A DNA stretch of 64,000 nt from an archaeon (GTDB lineage: Archaea > Nanobdellota > Nanobdellia > Woesearchaeales > UBA9642). The stretch lies in assembly GCA_020057295.1 (NCBI GenBank), contig JAGVGF010000003.1:187382-251381 (forward strand), written 5' to 3'. Made by a program: the position numbers and the translations under genes. The notes beneath the pieces were generated by a model, which saw nothing but the letters and a program-made list of their open reading frames with translations, ran no database searches and was not told the DNA's origin. Within the stretch, counting starts at the first letter, position 1; each line of letters opens with the position of its first letter. Shown here piece by piece: positions 10,685 through 19,873 of the stretch.

Positions 10685-11563
10685 TTATTTTAATCCGTCC
10701 CAATATTTTTTCATTAAGAGTGCGTCACCTTCGATATTTGGTGATTCGCAGATTACAACACCTTTTAATTTATATTCTTTCCACGTCTTGATTAAGTCTC
10801 TCCATTTGAAATCTGACTCTTCTAGTATAAGATGATTTTTCTCTCCTTTTTCAGAGTATGCTATTCCAGACATGTGAATATGCATATTATTTAATCCCTC
10901 TTTTCCTAAAACTTTTTCAATCATATTTAACATATCTTTGAATTCCGGAACTGTATTATTTTTACCGCCTGTTCTTGCGTGCATGTGTGAGAAATCAACA
11001 CACGGCATTACTCCTTCAATCTCTGAACTTAATTGTAATATCTCTTTTAGTCCGGCCCATTGTACAGGTTTTCCTGTTGTTTCAGGTCTAACCCAGATAT
11101 TATTATCGTTATCACGTAATTCTTTAACAATAGCTTCCATTTGTGTCTTTACATTTTCATAAACTGTTTTTTCATCCATTCCTAAATAGAATGCTGAGTG
11201 AAACGTCATTGACCATGCGCCTGCAGCACGTGCCATATTTGCTGCTTGTAATACTCGTTGAGCTGATGCAGCAACTTTTTCTTTCTCTTTAGCGTTTAAA
11301 TTAATATAATAAGAACCGTGGCATGTTAACATTACATCTGATTTTTGTCTTTCAATGTTTACCTTTTCTGCAGAATCTTCATTTAAGTTAACAGAGTGTA
11401 CGAACTCAATTTCCATTGCTTCAAGTCCAAGTTCACGAACAGTTCTTACTCCATCAAATGTTTTGAGTCCCTTAGAAGATGCTATTGAAGGCATTCCTGC
11501 AGTTCCAAATCTAAGTCTGTCTGGTTTCTCTACTTTTATTTTTGAAAAATCAATCTGTGCCAT
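10685..11563 (-). CDS. nfo: Endonuclease IV (archaeal type AP endonuclease)
   Basis: HGSYYINL, RPETTGK, CVDFSHMHAR, HIHMSGI, CESP. Confidence 0.9.
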   Translation of the reverse strand: MAQIDFSKIKVEKPDRLRFGTAGMPSIASSKGLKTFDGVRTVRELGLEAMEIEFVHSVNLNEDSAEKVNIERQKSDVMLTCHGSYYINLNAKEKEKVAASAQRVLQAANMARAAGAWSMTFHSAFYLGMDEKTVYENVKTQMEAIVKELRDNDNNIWVRPETTGKPVQWAGLKEILQLSSEIEGVMPCVDFSHMHARTGGKNNTVPEFKDMLNMIEKVLGKEGLNNMHIHMSGIAYSEKGEKNHLILEESDFKWRDLIKTWKEYKLKGVVICESPNIEGDALLMKKYWDGLK

Positions 11564-12120
11564 TATATTCTTATTTCTTTGATGTCTATGCTAGACTTTT
11601 TATACATATCATTCATCATTTTCTGATACTTATCAGCGTCTAATTCTTTTAATTTCATCTTTTTGAACAATTTTGATATATTTTCTGACTCCTTGTCTAT
11701 CAATTTTTTATTATCTGTAACTAATTCTATTTCAATTATTATCCCTAGATATTGATGATTCGATACATCGATAGTGTATTTGTCATATTTGTATGTTTCT
11801 CTTTTTGATTTTAGTAGCGCACATTTTTTGAAACCCTTTTTCTCCAATTTTTTTAATGAAGCCTTTACATCTGATAATTTTATATCTTTTTCAGTTTCTG
11901 TTCTTGCTTTATCATGATACGTTCCGTTCTTTATTGTTATCTTTGCTTTATCTTTTCCTTCTTCGTATCTTATCCTTATATATGATGGCTCTTTAAATAA
12001 CATAGTGATGAGATTTTTTGAAGATATTAGTTTAGCATTATCTTTTAGATATTTAGTTATCCTTGAATACTCTTTATCTGTAAGGAGTGATCTTTTTTCT
12101 ATTTCATAATTTGAAGTCAT
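11563..12120 (-). CDS. CYTH-domain protein (class IV adenylate cyclase/triphosphatase fold)
   Basis: N-terminal EIEKR, YIRIR, RTETE, IEIEL. Confidence 0.75.
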   Translation of the reverse strand: MTSNYEIEKRSLLTDKEYSRITKYLKDNAKLISSKNLITMLFKEPSYIRIRYEEGKDKAKITIKNGTYHDKARTETEKDIKLSDVKASLKKLEKKGFKKCALLKSKRETYKYDKYTIDVSNHQYLGIIIEIELVTDNKKLIDKESENISKLFKKMKLKELDADKYQKMMNDMYKKSSIDIKEIRI

Positions 12121-12124
12121 TTAT

Positions 12125-12868
12125 TCACCTGAATGATTTATAACCTTCTTTCTCTAGTTGATCAACAAGTTCTGTACCGCCTTTCTTGATTAGTTGACCA
12201 TCAAGCATTATATATACATGATCTGGCTTGATATAGTTTAACATTCTCTGGTAATGTGTAATAATTAGTATTGTTAAGTCTTTATTTTGTTCTTTTAGTG
12301 CGTTTACACTTTCACAAACTTTCTTTAATGCATCAATATCTAATCCTGAATCTGTTTCATCTAGTATTGCAACTTTTGGTTCAAGCATTGCAAGTTGTAA
12401 TATCTCCATTTTCTTCTTTTCTCCGCCAGAAAATCCTTCGTTAATATATCTTGATGCAAACTCTTTAGGAATATGTAATAATTCCATTTTTTCATTTAAT
12501 TTTTTCATAAAATCTAATAATCGAACTTGATTCTTTTTATCACGGCGTGCATTGATTGCAGTTCTTAAGAAGTTTGATATTGTAACTCCTGGTATTTCTA
12601 CAGGGTTTTGAAACGATAAGAATAATCCTTTTTTAGATCTTTCATCAGCACCTTTATCGCTTATATCTTCGCCGTCTAATACTATGCTTCCAGAAGTTTC
12701 ATATTTTGGATGTCCCATTAATCCGTTTGCGAATGTTGATTTTCCAGAACCATTAGGACCCATGATTACAGAGACTTCTCCTTTAGCCAATTCTAAATCT
12801 ATTCCCTTGACAACTTCTTTACCTTCTATGCTTACGTGTATGTTTTTTAAATGTAATACATTATTCAT
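12125..12868 (-). CDS. sufC: Fe-S cluster assembly ATPase SufC
   Basis: GPNGSGKST, FSGGEKK, LDETDSGLDID, IITHY. Confidence 0.95.
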   Translation of the reverse strand: MNNVLHLKNIHVSIEGKEVVKGIDLELAKGEVSVIMGPNGSGKSTFANGLMGHPKYETSGSIVLDGEDISDKGADERSKKGLFLSFQNPVEIPGVTISNFLRTAINARRDKKNQVRLLDFMKKLNEKMELLHIPKEFASRYINEGFSGGEKKKMEILQLAMLEPKVAILDETDSGLDIDALKKVCESVNALKEQNKDLTILIITHYQRMLNYIKPDHVYIMLDGQLIKKGGTELVDQLEKEGYKSFR

Positions 12869-12885
12869 TTTATTACTCCATATTT

Positions 12886-13296
12886 TTAGATTTTCGGTTT
12901 CTCATTACTTATTTTTTTAGATTCGTATTCTATTACCCCTTTCTTTATAGTTACTAACGGTAACATTGCACACTTTATTCGTGCTGGTGTAAGTTTTAAT
13001 CCTATAATCTTCAATAAATCATCAGTATCCATCTTGTGTATATCTGACAATTTTTTACCAATCACTTCATCAGTTAATATTGAAGTTGATGCCATACATA
13101 TTACACATCCTCTTCCTTCAAATTTGATATTTTTAATCGTGTCATGATTCTTTTCATCTAACTTAACATATATTTCTACTTCATCGCCACATGAAATGTT
13201 AATATCATGCTGATGAATGTCTGCATTCTTTATTTCTCCCTTATTATGAGGGTTTTTATAATGATCTAGTAAATATTCTCTGTATAATTCGTCCAT
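12886..13296 (-). CDS. sufU: SufU/IscU-family scaffold or sulfur-transfer protein
   Basis: LYREYLLDHYKNP, SCGD, GCVICMAS, RIKCA. Confidence 0.85.
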   Translation of the reverse strand: MDELYREYLLDHYKNPHNKGEIKNADIHQHDINISCGDEVEIYVKLDEKNHDTIKNIKFEGRGCVICMASTSILTDEVIGKKLSDIHKMDTDDLLKIIGLKLTPARIKCAMLPLVTIKKGVIEYESKKISNEKPKI

Positions 13297-13313
13297 TTTT
13301 ATCTCTCATAAAT

Positions 13314-14519
13314 TTAATTTCCGATTATTTTTATAGCGTTTTTAATACTTTCAACCAATTTATCGATATCTGCTTTAGTGTTGTAAAATGAAATGCTCAA
13401 TCTCGATGTTGCTAATAGTCCTAATTTTTTCATTAATGGTTGTGCACAATGATGTCCTGCTCTTATGCAAACATTATGTTCATCACATATTGATGATAAA
13501 TCATGAGGATGTACTTTATCTAAGGTAAAACTTATTACAGGACCATAGGATACTTCTCTGTTGTTATGTCCTATGATTTTAACTTGTTTAATCTTTCTTA
13601 ATTCTGTTAATGCATAATTTTTTAATGATTCTTCATATTGTAATAATTTTTTATAATTATTTTTGTTCAAATATTCTAATGCTTTACTGAATGCAACAAT
13701 TCCTGGAGTGTCAATTGTTCCGGCTTCGAATTTTTCTGGAATATCTGCCCATGTTGTATCTTGTAATTCTACTTTATTGACCATATTTCCGCCATAATGG
13801 AATGGATGAATTTTTTCAAGTAAAAGCTTTTTTCCATAAACAACTCCTACTCCTGTAGGACCATAAACTTTATGCGCACTAAATACTAAAAAATCGACAT
13901 CTAAATTTTTAACATCAACAATATCATGTGCAATCAATTGTGTTGCATCAACAATTATTATTGCATTATTGTTTTTCTTTCTTATTTCTTTAACTATTTT
14001 TTTTATATCGATTTTTAATCCTGTAACATTACTCATTCCAGTAAATGCCACAATTAAAGTATTTTCATCGACAGATTTAGACAGGTCTAATAGTTTCTGT
14101 GCTTTTGTATCATAATCTATTACGCGGAACTCTGCTCCTGTTCTCTTTGCTAATTGTTGCCACGGAACAAAGTTGCTATGATGTTCGATAACTGTACTAA
14201 CTATATTGTGTTCTTTAGTAATAACAAGTGTGCGTTCTATACTATTTGCTAAATTATTTAATCCTTCAGTTGTGTTTTTAACAAAAACTATTTCGTTGTA
14301 ATCTGCATTGATGAATTTAGCAACAATTTTACGTGCATCTTCAAGTTTTAATGTTGCTTCTTCTGATAATGTATATAATCCACGATGTACATTCGAGTTA
14401 TACTTTTCATAAAAATCTTTAATTGAATCAATAACTATCTTAGGTTTTTGTGTAGTTGCAGCATTATCTAAGTATGATATTTTACGATTCTGTAATATTG
14501 TAAAATCCTTTTCTAACAT
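13314..14519 (-). CDS. sufS: Cysteine desulfurase SufS (group II)
   Basis: YLDNAATTQKP, FSAHK (PLP lysine), RAGHHCA. Confidence 0.95.
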   Translation of the reverse strand: MLEKDFTILQNRKISYLDNAATTQKPKIVIDSIKDFYEKYNSNVHRGLYTLSEEATLKLEDARKIVAKFINADYNEIVFVKNTTEGLNNLANSIERTLVITKEHNIVSTVIEHHSNFVPWQQLAKRTGAEFRVIDYDTKAQKLLDLSKSVDENTLIVAFTGMSNVTGLKIDIKKIVKEIRKKNNNAIIIVDATQLIAHDIVDVKNLDVDFLVFSAHKVYGPTGVGVVYGKKLLLEKIHPFHYGGNMVNKVELQDTTWADIPEKFEAGTIDTPGIVAFSKALEYLNKNNYKKLLQYEESLKNYALTELRKIKQVKIIGHNNREVSYGPVISFTLDKVHPHDLSSICDEHNVCIRAGHHCAQPLMKKLGLLATSRLSISFYNTKADIDKLVESIKNAIKIIGN

Positions 14520-14560
14520 TTTTCTTTCCTTATCGTTTGCTTAATTTTTAATTATGCGAT

Positions 14561-15775
14561 TTATGCTATGATCTTAATTTTTATTTCTTCTCTAAGTTTT
14601 TCATCAGTGATATCGTTTAATATTTTATCATAAAATCCTTCAATTAATATTTTTGAAGCTTCTTCTTTGCTTATTCCTCTGCTTTGTAGATAGAATATTT
14701 TATCTTCATCAAGTGTTGTAATTGTTGATCCGTGTGTACATTTTACTTCATTATTATGTATTTCTAAATCAGGTATAGATATTGCTCTGGATTTATCATC
14801 CAATAATATGGTTTCTGATTTTTGATATCCGTTTGAGTTGAACGCATTTTCATTAATACGCACTAATCCTTGTATTATTGCTCTACTAGATCTTAATACG
14901 CATCTATTTTGCATTAATGATTCAGTTCCTCTCCCAGTATGTTCAGAAATATTATATAAGGTATATTCAGAATCTTTGCCGCATATTATATTGCTCATTA
15001 CTGATTTAGAATTTTCACCAAGTAACGTGTTATGTTGTTCTATCAGTGTTAATCTAGAATCTTTATCAATATTAATCCAGTTAGCATTAGATCCTATCCC
15101 TAAATTAAGTGTTTTTCTACCATATACTATATCTCTTACATTCATATTTCTAAATTCTACAATATTACTTTTAGAATAATCATCAAGTATTATATCTGTA
15201 AAATCTGTTATTATACTATTATGTGATTCATAATTTTCAGGATGTACGGTATTTATAGAAATGTTTACATTAACATTCTTGCCAATGAATAATATTAAGT
15301 GATTATAACTATTTCCTCTTACATTATTATCTATACGAAATGTTTCTTCCATGCTAAAGTTATCTTTAAAAATTATTACTTTAATATTTGATAATGCTGC
15401 ATGAAGATAGTCTAGTTTGTTAAGTTTCTTAACTATTTTATTGCTGAATATGTTTAACGTGTTAAGTATCTTGTCCTTATGATTCTGATCAATATCTTTA
15501 GAATATATTAATTCGTGTAAATTTAATATTTTGATTCTATTATCTAGTAAGTCTTGATGTGTATGTTTAAATTCTGTTGTTCCTTCATTAAACACTGTAT
15601 CATAATTAATGAATTCTATATCTGTCTTAATGTTTAGTCCGTGTGAAAGATTTTTTTGTATTCCTGTATTAAACTTTTCAAAAGCTTCAAGTCTTTCTTC
15701 ATAGAATCCTCTATGTTTAATCCTATTACTTAGTTCTTCAGATATATTTATTGAATTTTCTGTTAAACTGTTCAT
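14561..15775 (-). CDS. sufD: Fe-S cluster assembly protein SufD
   Basis: PDLEIHNNEVKCTHG, FYLQSRGI; divergent paralog next to sufB. Confidence 0.88.
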   Translation of the reverse strand: MNSLTENSINISEELSNRIKHRGFYEERLEAFEKFNTGIQKNLSHGLNIKTDIEFINYDTVFNEGTTEFKHTHQDLLDNRIKILNLHELIYSKDIDQNHKDKILNTLNIFSNKIVKKLNKLDYLHAALSNIKVIIFKDNFSMEETFRIDNNVRGNSYNHLILFIGKNVNVNISINTVHPENYESHNSIITDFTDIILDDYSKSNIVEFRNMNVRDIVYGRKTLNLGIGSNANWINIDKDSRLTLIEQHNTLLGENSKSVMSNIICGKDSEYTLYNISEHTGRGTESLMQNRCVLRSSRAIIQGLVRINENAFNSNGYQKSETILLDDKSRAISIPDLEIHNNEVKCTHGSTITTLDEDKIFYLQSRGISKEEASKILIEGFYDKILNDITDEKLREEIKIKIIA

Positions 15776-17160
15776 CCTAATGATCCTTCCATTTCTAATT
15801 CTATTAGTCTATTCATTTCTACAGCATATTCTAATGGTAATTCTTTTAGTAACGGTTCTATAAATCCAGAAACAATCATTTGTATAGCCTGTTCTTCGCT
15901 TAATCCCCTGCTTTTAAGATAAAATATTTGATCTTCGCTGATCTTGCCAACACTTGCTTCATGGACTACATCAACATTTTCTTCTTCTACATCGATTGCT
16001 GGATATGTATTTGATTGTGATTTATTATCAAACATCAATGCATCACACGTGACTGCACATTTACTATTTGTTGCGCCCCTTTTTATTTTAACTAGACCAC
16101 GATATGCGGTTATTCCGCCATTTTTACTTAAGCTTTTACTTTTGATAGTGCTTGTAGTATTATTTGCTAAATGATATACTTTAGCTCCCGTATCTTGATT
16201 TTGTCCATTGCCTGCATATGCTATTGATATGTGGTCTGCTTTTGCTCCAGGTGCCATTAGCATGCTTGTTGGATATAACATTGTAACTCCACTTCCTAAA
16301 TTTCCAGAAACCCATTCCATCGTCGAGTTTTCTTCAACGATTGCTCGTTTAGTATTTAGATTAAACGTATTTTTAGACCAATTTTCGACAGAAGAATATC
16401 TCATTCTACCATTTTTATGTACAAACACTTCAACACATCCTGCATGAATACTGCTTGCATTGTAAAGAGGAGCACTACATCCTTCAATATAATGTACTTG
16501 TGCATCTTCATCAACAATTATTAATGTATGTTCAAACTGTCCCATACTTTTTGTATTCATTCTGAAATATGCTTGTAACGGTAAATCGACATGTACTCCT
16601 TTTGGAATATAAATAAATGTTCCACCACTCCATACTGCGCCGTGCAACGCGGCAAACTTATGTAATTTTGAACTGACGCACTTGGTCATAAAATATTTTT
16701 TAACAAGTTCTGGATATTGTTGTACTGCAACATCCATATCTTCAAATATTACTCCTTGAGCTTTTAAGTCATCGCGAATTTTATGATATACGACTGAACT
16801 ATCGTACTGTGCTCCTGCTCCAGCAAGTGATTTTCTTTCAGCTTCTGGAATTCCTAATCTCTCAAATGTATTCTTAATATTTTCTGGAACTTGATCCCAT
16901 GAATCTGCATTACTTTTTGCGTCAGGCACTAAGAAGTATGTTATCTTGTTTAAGTCAAGTTTTTCAAGACTCGGACCCCATTCAGGCATTTTTAATTCAT
17001 TAAATATTTTTAGTGAGTCTAATCTTTTCTGTAAAATCCAGTCCGGTTCATTTTTATATTTAGATATTTGTCTAACTATATTTTCGTTTAGTCCTGGAAC
17101 TACTTCATACTTTGTTTCAACATCATCATATTGATCGTATAGTTCTCTTGAGATTTCCAT
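15772..17160 (-). CDS. sufB: Fe-S cluster assembly protein SufB
   Basis: GQFEHTLII, HYIEGCSAP, DTGAK, HEASVGKI, ELPLEYAVE. Confidence 0.97.
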   Translation of the reverse strand: MEISRELYDQYDDVETKYEVVPGLNENIVRQISKYKNEPDWILQKRLDSLKIFNELKMPEWGPSLEKLDLNKITYFLVPDAKSNADSWDQVPENIKNTFERLGIPEAERKSLAGAGAQYDSSVVYHKIRDDLKAQGVIFEDMDVAVQQYPELVKKYFMTKCVSSKLHKFAALHGAVWSGGTFIYIPKGVHVDLPLQAYFRMNTKSMGQFEHTLIIVDEDAQVHYIEGCSAPLYNASSIHAGCVEVFVHKNGRMRYSSVENWSKNTFNLNTKRAIVEENSTMEWVSGNLGSGVTMLYPTSMLMAPGAKADHISIAYAGNGQNQDTGAKVYHLANNTTSTIKSKSLSKNGGITAYRGLVKIKRGATNSKCAVTCDALMFDNKSQSNTYPAIDVEEENVDVVHEASVGKISEDQIFYLKSRGLSEEQAIQMIVSGFIEPLLKELPLEYAVEMNRLIELEMEGSLG

Positions 17161-17161
17161 T

Positions 17162-17494
17162 TTATTTTAACACATTAGTATGAACGCGTTGGCTTCCTTC
17201 AATTTTCAAACAGTGCGGACACATTTTTTGTGCATGCTTGTCCACAATTTCAAGTATTGGAACAATAGTTTCCTTGTTTAACGAATATACTCTCTGTTTT
17301 CCTGACCTTTTAACATGAACTATTTTACATTCATATAATCTCTTTAACGAGTGGCTTACTTTGCTTTGTTCTAATTTTGTGCTCTCTGCTATCTCGCTCA
17401 CATTCTGAGGTTTTTTTAGAAGTGAATTTATTATAGTCTGATTCGTAGGATTAGCTAATACTTGGAAAAACTCATTATATGACTGACAAAACAT
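17162..17494 (-). CDS. ArsR/SmtB-family repressor heading the suf operon
   Basis: FQVLANP...QSKVSHSLKRL wHTH; extra Cys3 and CPHC. Confidence 0.85.
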   Translation of the reverse strand: MFCQSYNEFFQVLANPTNQTIINSLLKKPQNVSEIAESTKLEQSKVSHSLKRLYECKIVHVKRSGKQRVYSLNKETIVPILEIVDKHAQKMCPHCLKIEGSQRVHTNVLK

Positions 17495-17510
17495 ATGAAA
17501 CAGTATTCAT
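17495..17510. promoter_or_regulatory. Putative ArsR/SmtB operator ATGAA-N6-TTCAT between TATA box and start codon
   Basis: Inverted repeat matching the SmtB/CzrA TGAA-N6-TTCA core, abutting the ATG; TTTATAAA box at about 17517-17524. Confidence 0.65.
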
Positions 17511-17564
17511 TTATCATTTATAAATATTGCTAAGTATGCGCTATCTTATTTAGAATTAAAATAC

Positions 17565-18047
17565 TTAGCCTTTATATCCTGATTTTGATGGACCGTTATT
17601 ATATGCTGCAACAGCAGGCATTCTATCTGGTTTACGATCATAGCTAGCCGTGCTCTCTTCTGATTTTCCATATTGACTATTATTCCTGTCGTATTGACTT
17701 ATTTCTTTCATTTTAAGGTTGGGATCTTGAGGTTCAACCTTTTGTGTGTTTACATCTATCTCAAACTTTTGTCCACATTGACATCCAGCTACAAATTTTT
17801 TACTATGCATATCATATTGTATTACATGTTGTTCTTCAGTCTTTTTTCCAACTTTTCTTTCGAATTCTGAAAGCTCTTCTGTAGAATCTATAGGAACCAT
17901 CTTAGCATCTTTATGTCGGTTTGCATGTCTCTCCCATGCTGCAGAATCTTGCAACATTCCCTTAATCATCATTTCAAGTTCTTGCTCGCTAATGTTCATT
18001 CTACTATCTATTGTTCCATCTTCCACTGCTTGCGTAAAGAATGTCAT
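17565..18047 (-). CDS. Hypothetical protein (CxC motif)
   Basis: 160-aa ORF with GAGG SD, downstream of hisS on the same strand. Confidence 0.7.
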   Translation of the reverse strand: MTFFTQAVEDGTIDSRMNISEQELEMMIKGMLQDSAAWERHANRHKDAKMVPIDSTEELSEFERKVGKKTEEQHVIQYDMHSKKFVAGCQCGQKFEIDVNTQKVEPQDPNLKMKEISQYDRNNSQYGKSEESTASYDRKPDRMPAVAAYNNGPSKSGYKG

Positions 18048-18058
18048 TTTTCCTCTTT

Positions 18059-19363
18059 TTATTTTCTTTCTTGAATAACTAAATCATATACTTCATCTAA
18101 TGTTACTAATTTTTCTACTCCTGTAATCATATTTTTTACTTTTAACTTCTGCTCTTTTAATTCTGCTTCACCTATAAATACGACAAAAGGTATCTTTAAT
18201 GTATTAGCATAATCAAGATTTTTACTTACTCCTCGATCCATTAAATCTATATCAACATTTAATCCTGACTCTCTAAGTTTGGTTGCTATAACTAACGATT
18301 CTTTAAATGTCTGTATCGGTATGATATATATTTCTGTAACTGTCTTTTTGATATTTGGATTAATAAGTTTTAATGCATCTGTTATCGGTTCTAATCCGAA
18401 ACTTATTCCTACAGCAGGATATTGTCTATTATTTTCTGCATACATTTGAATCATATTATCATATCTTCCGCCACCGCATATACTGCTTGTGACCTTGCTA
18501 TCTCGCAAGAATCCTTCAAATACTGTGCCTGTATAATAAGCTAAACCTCTTGCAAGAGTTATATTCAATTTTATTTTACCATGCTCTACAAACTTTAAGT
18601 AACCGAGTATATCTTTTAATTCATTTAATCCTTCAACACCTATTGGTGATGTTACAATATTTGTTAGATTTTCAAGTATTTCATCGTTAGTTCCTTTAAT
18701 TGTGAATACTTCTGACAATTTTTCTATTGAATGTTTGTCTATGAATTTATCTACTAACTCTTTTTTTACAACATCTGTCCCGTACTTTGTGATTTTGTCT
18801 AATGATATTATTACTGTCTCACGTTTTTCAGGTTCTATGTTACAGTAATCCATTAATCCAAATAATAGTTTTCTATTATTTACTTCTAAATATGCATCTA
18901 ATTCTAATTTTTTGAATACTTCTAATGCTAATAATAATAACTCTGCATCTGATCTCATATTTGATGTTCCTGCAATGTCAACATCACATTGCCAGAATTC
19001 TCTATATCTACCAAGCTTTATTGGTCCATCCCTAAAGACTCGGCCTATCTCGTATCTTTTGAATGGTATTTTGATATTAGGATTTAATGCTATAAATCTA
19101 GAGAATGGAACTGTTAAATCAAACCTTAAACCTAGTTCTCTATTTCCTTGATCTGACATCTTAAATATTTCTTTAGCAGCATCACTTTCAGATCCAGCTG
19201 CAAATTTAGCTGTAAGAGTATCTAAACGTTCTATAGAAGGAGTTTCTAGAGGAGAATAACCATAACTCTCGAAAACAGTCTTCAAACTACTAACTAACTT
19301 ATCTCTTATTATCTTATCTTCTGGCGGAAAATCTCTAACGCCTTTAGCCATTTCAACTGTCAT
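18059..19363 (-). CDS. hisS: Histidine--tRNA ligase
   Basis: KGVRDF, LRFDLT, GRYREFWQCD, RGLAYYTG, GGGRYD. Confidence 0.97.
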   Translation of the reverse strand: MTVEMAKGVRDFPPEDKIIRDKLVSSLKTVFESYGYSPLETPSIERLDTLTAKFAAGSESDAAKEIFKMSDQGNRELGLRFDLTVPFSRFIALNPNIKIPFKRYEIGRVFRDGPIKLGRYREFWQCDVDIAGTSNMRSDAELLLLALEVFKKLELDAYLEVNNRKLLFGLMDYCNIEPEKRETVIISLDKITKYGTDVVKKELVDKFIDKHSIEKLSEVFTIKGTNDEILENLTNIVTSPIGVEGLNELKDILGYLKFVEHGKIKLNITLARGLAYYTGTVFEGFLRDSKVTSSICGGGRYDNMIQMYAENNRQYPAVGISFGLEPITDALKLINPNIKKTVTEIYIIPIQTFKESLVIATKLRESGLNVDIDLMDRGVSKNLDYANTLKIPFVVFIGEAELKEQKLKVKNMITGVEKLVTLDEVYDLVIQERK

Positions 19364-19407
19364 ATTATCACCCTGTTTATCTTCTTTAAATATTTAGTGG
19401 AATGTAG

Positions 19408-19515
19408 GGCGACTGCCGGGGATTGAACTCGGTCCTCAGGCTTTCTGCCTTGTATAGTCCACAAGCGTGAACTGTAATCCACAGGCCTGCATGCTACCAT
19501 TACACAACAGTCGCC
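19408..19515 (-). tRNA. tRNA-His(GTG) with encoded G-1 and 36-nt intron (19443-19478) at 37/38
   Basis: Folded by hand: acceptor GCGACTG/CAGTCGC, G-1:C73, anticodon arm CAGGC-CTGTGG^A-GCCTG; BHB central helix CTGT/GCAG with GGA and AAA bulges. Confidence 0.92.
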
Positions 19516-19588
19516 ATTGAGAATAATATAGATAAATCTAGAATAATTTTTTATTAAAAAATCAATAGAGAACAATCTAAGAATAACT

Positions 19589-19645
19589 TTACTTGTGATG
19601 AACTAAACCAGCTTGATTCAAGCTTTTGTCCTCGAATTTACTCAT
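19589..19645 (-). CDS. Possible 18-aa micro-ORF MSKFEDKSLNQAGLVHHK
   Basis: ATG...TAA preceded about 22 nt upstream by GAAAAT-ATTAAATA (BRE/TATA-like), the same spacing as leaderless genes here. Confidence 0.25.
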   Translation of the reverse strand: MSKFEDKSLNQAGLVHHK

Positions 19646-19756
19646 AATATAGGAATACATCTAAAGTATTTAATATTTTCTATTTTTAATCCGAAAAATA
19701 TCTGATTATAAAAACAATCAACTTTAAATATGCTTTTCTTGTTCTGTAGAATACCT

Positions 19757-19872
19757 GGGTGTGTAGCGCAGCTTGGATAGCGCGACAGCCTTCTATTTGA
19801 CTGCGTCTAATCCTTTTTGGACGCAACCAAAAAGTAAGCTGTAGGTCCGGGGTTCAAATCCCCGCACGCCCG
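19757..19872 (+). tRNA. tRNA-Arg(TCT) with 41-nt intron (19796-19836) at 37/38
   Basis: GGGTGTG/CACGCCC acceptor, ACAGC-CTTCTA^A-GCTGT, CGGGG-TTCAAAT-CCCCG T arm; intron hairpin TGCGTCTAA/TTGGACGCA. Confidence 0.93.
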
Positions 19873-19873
19873 T

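Noticed and set aside
19360-19575. 71-aa ORF upstream of hisS
   Set aside because: It runs through the tRNA-His gene; shadow ORF.
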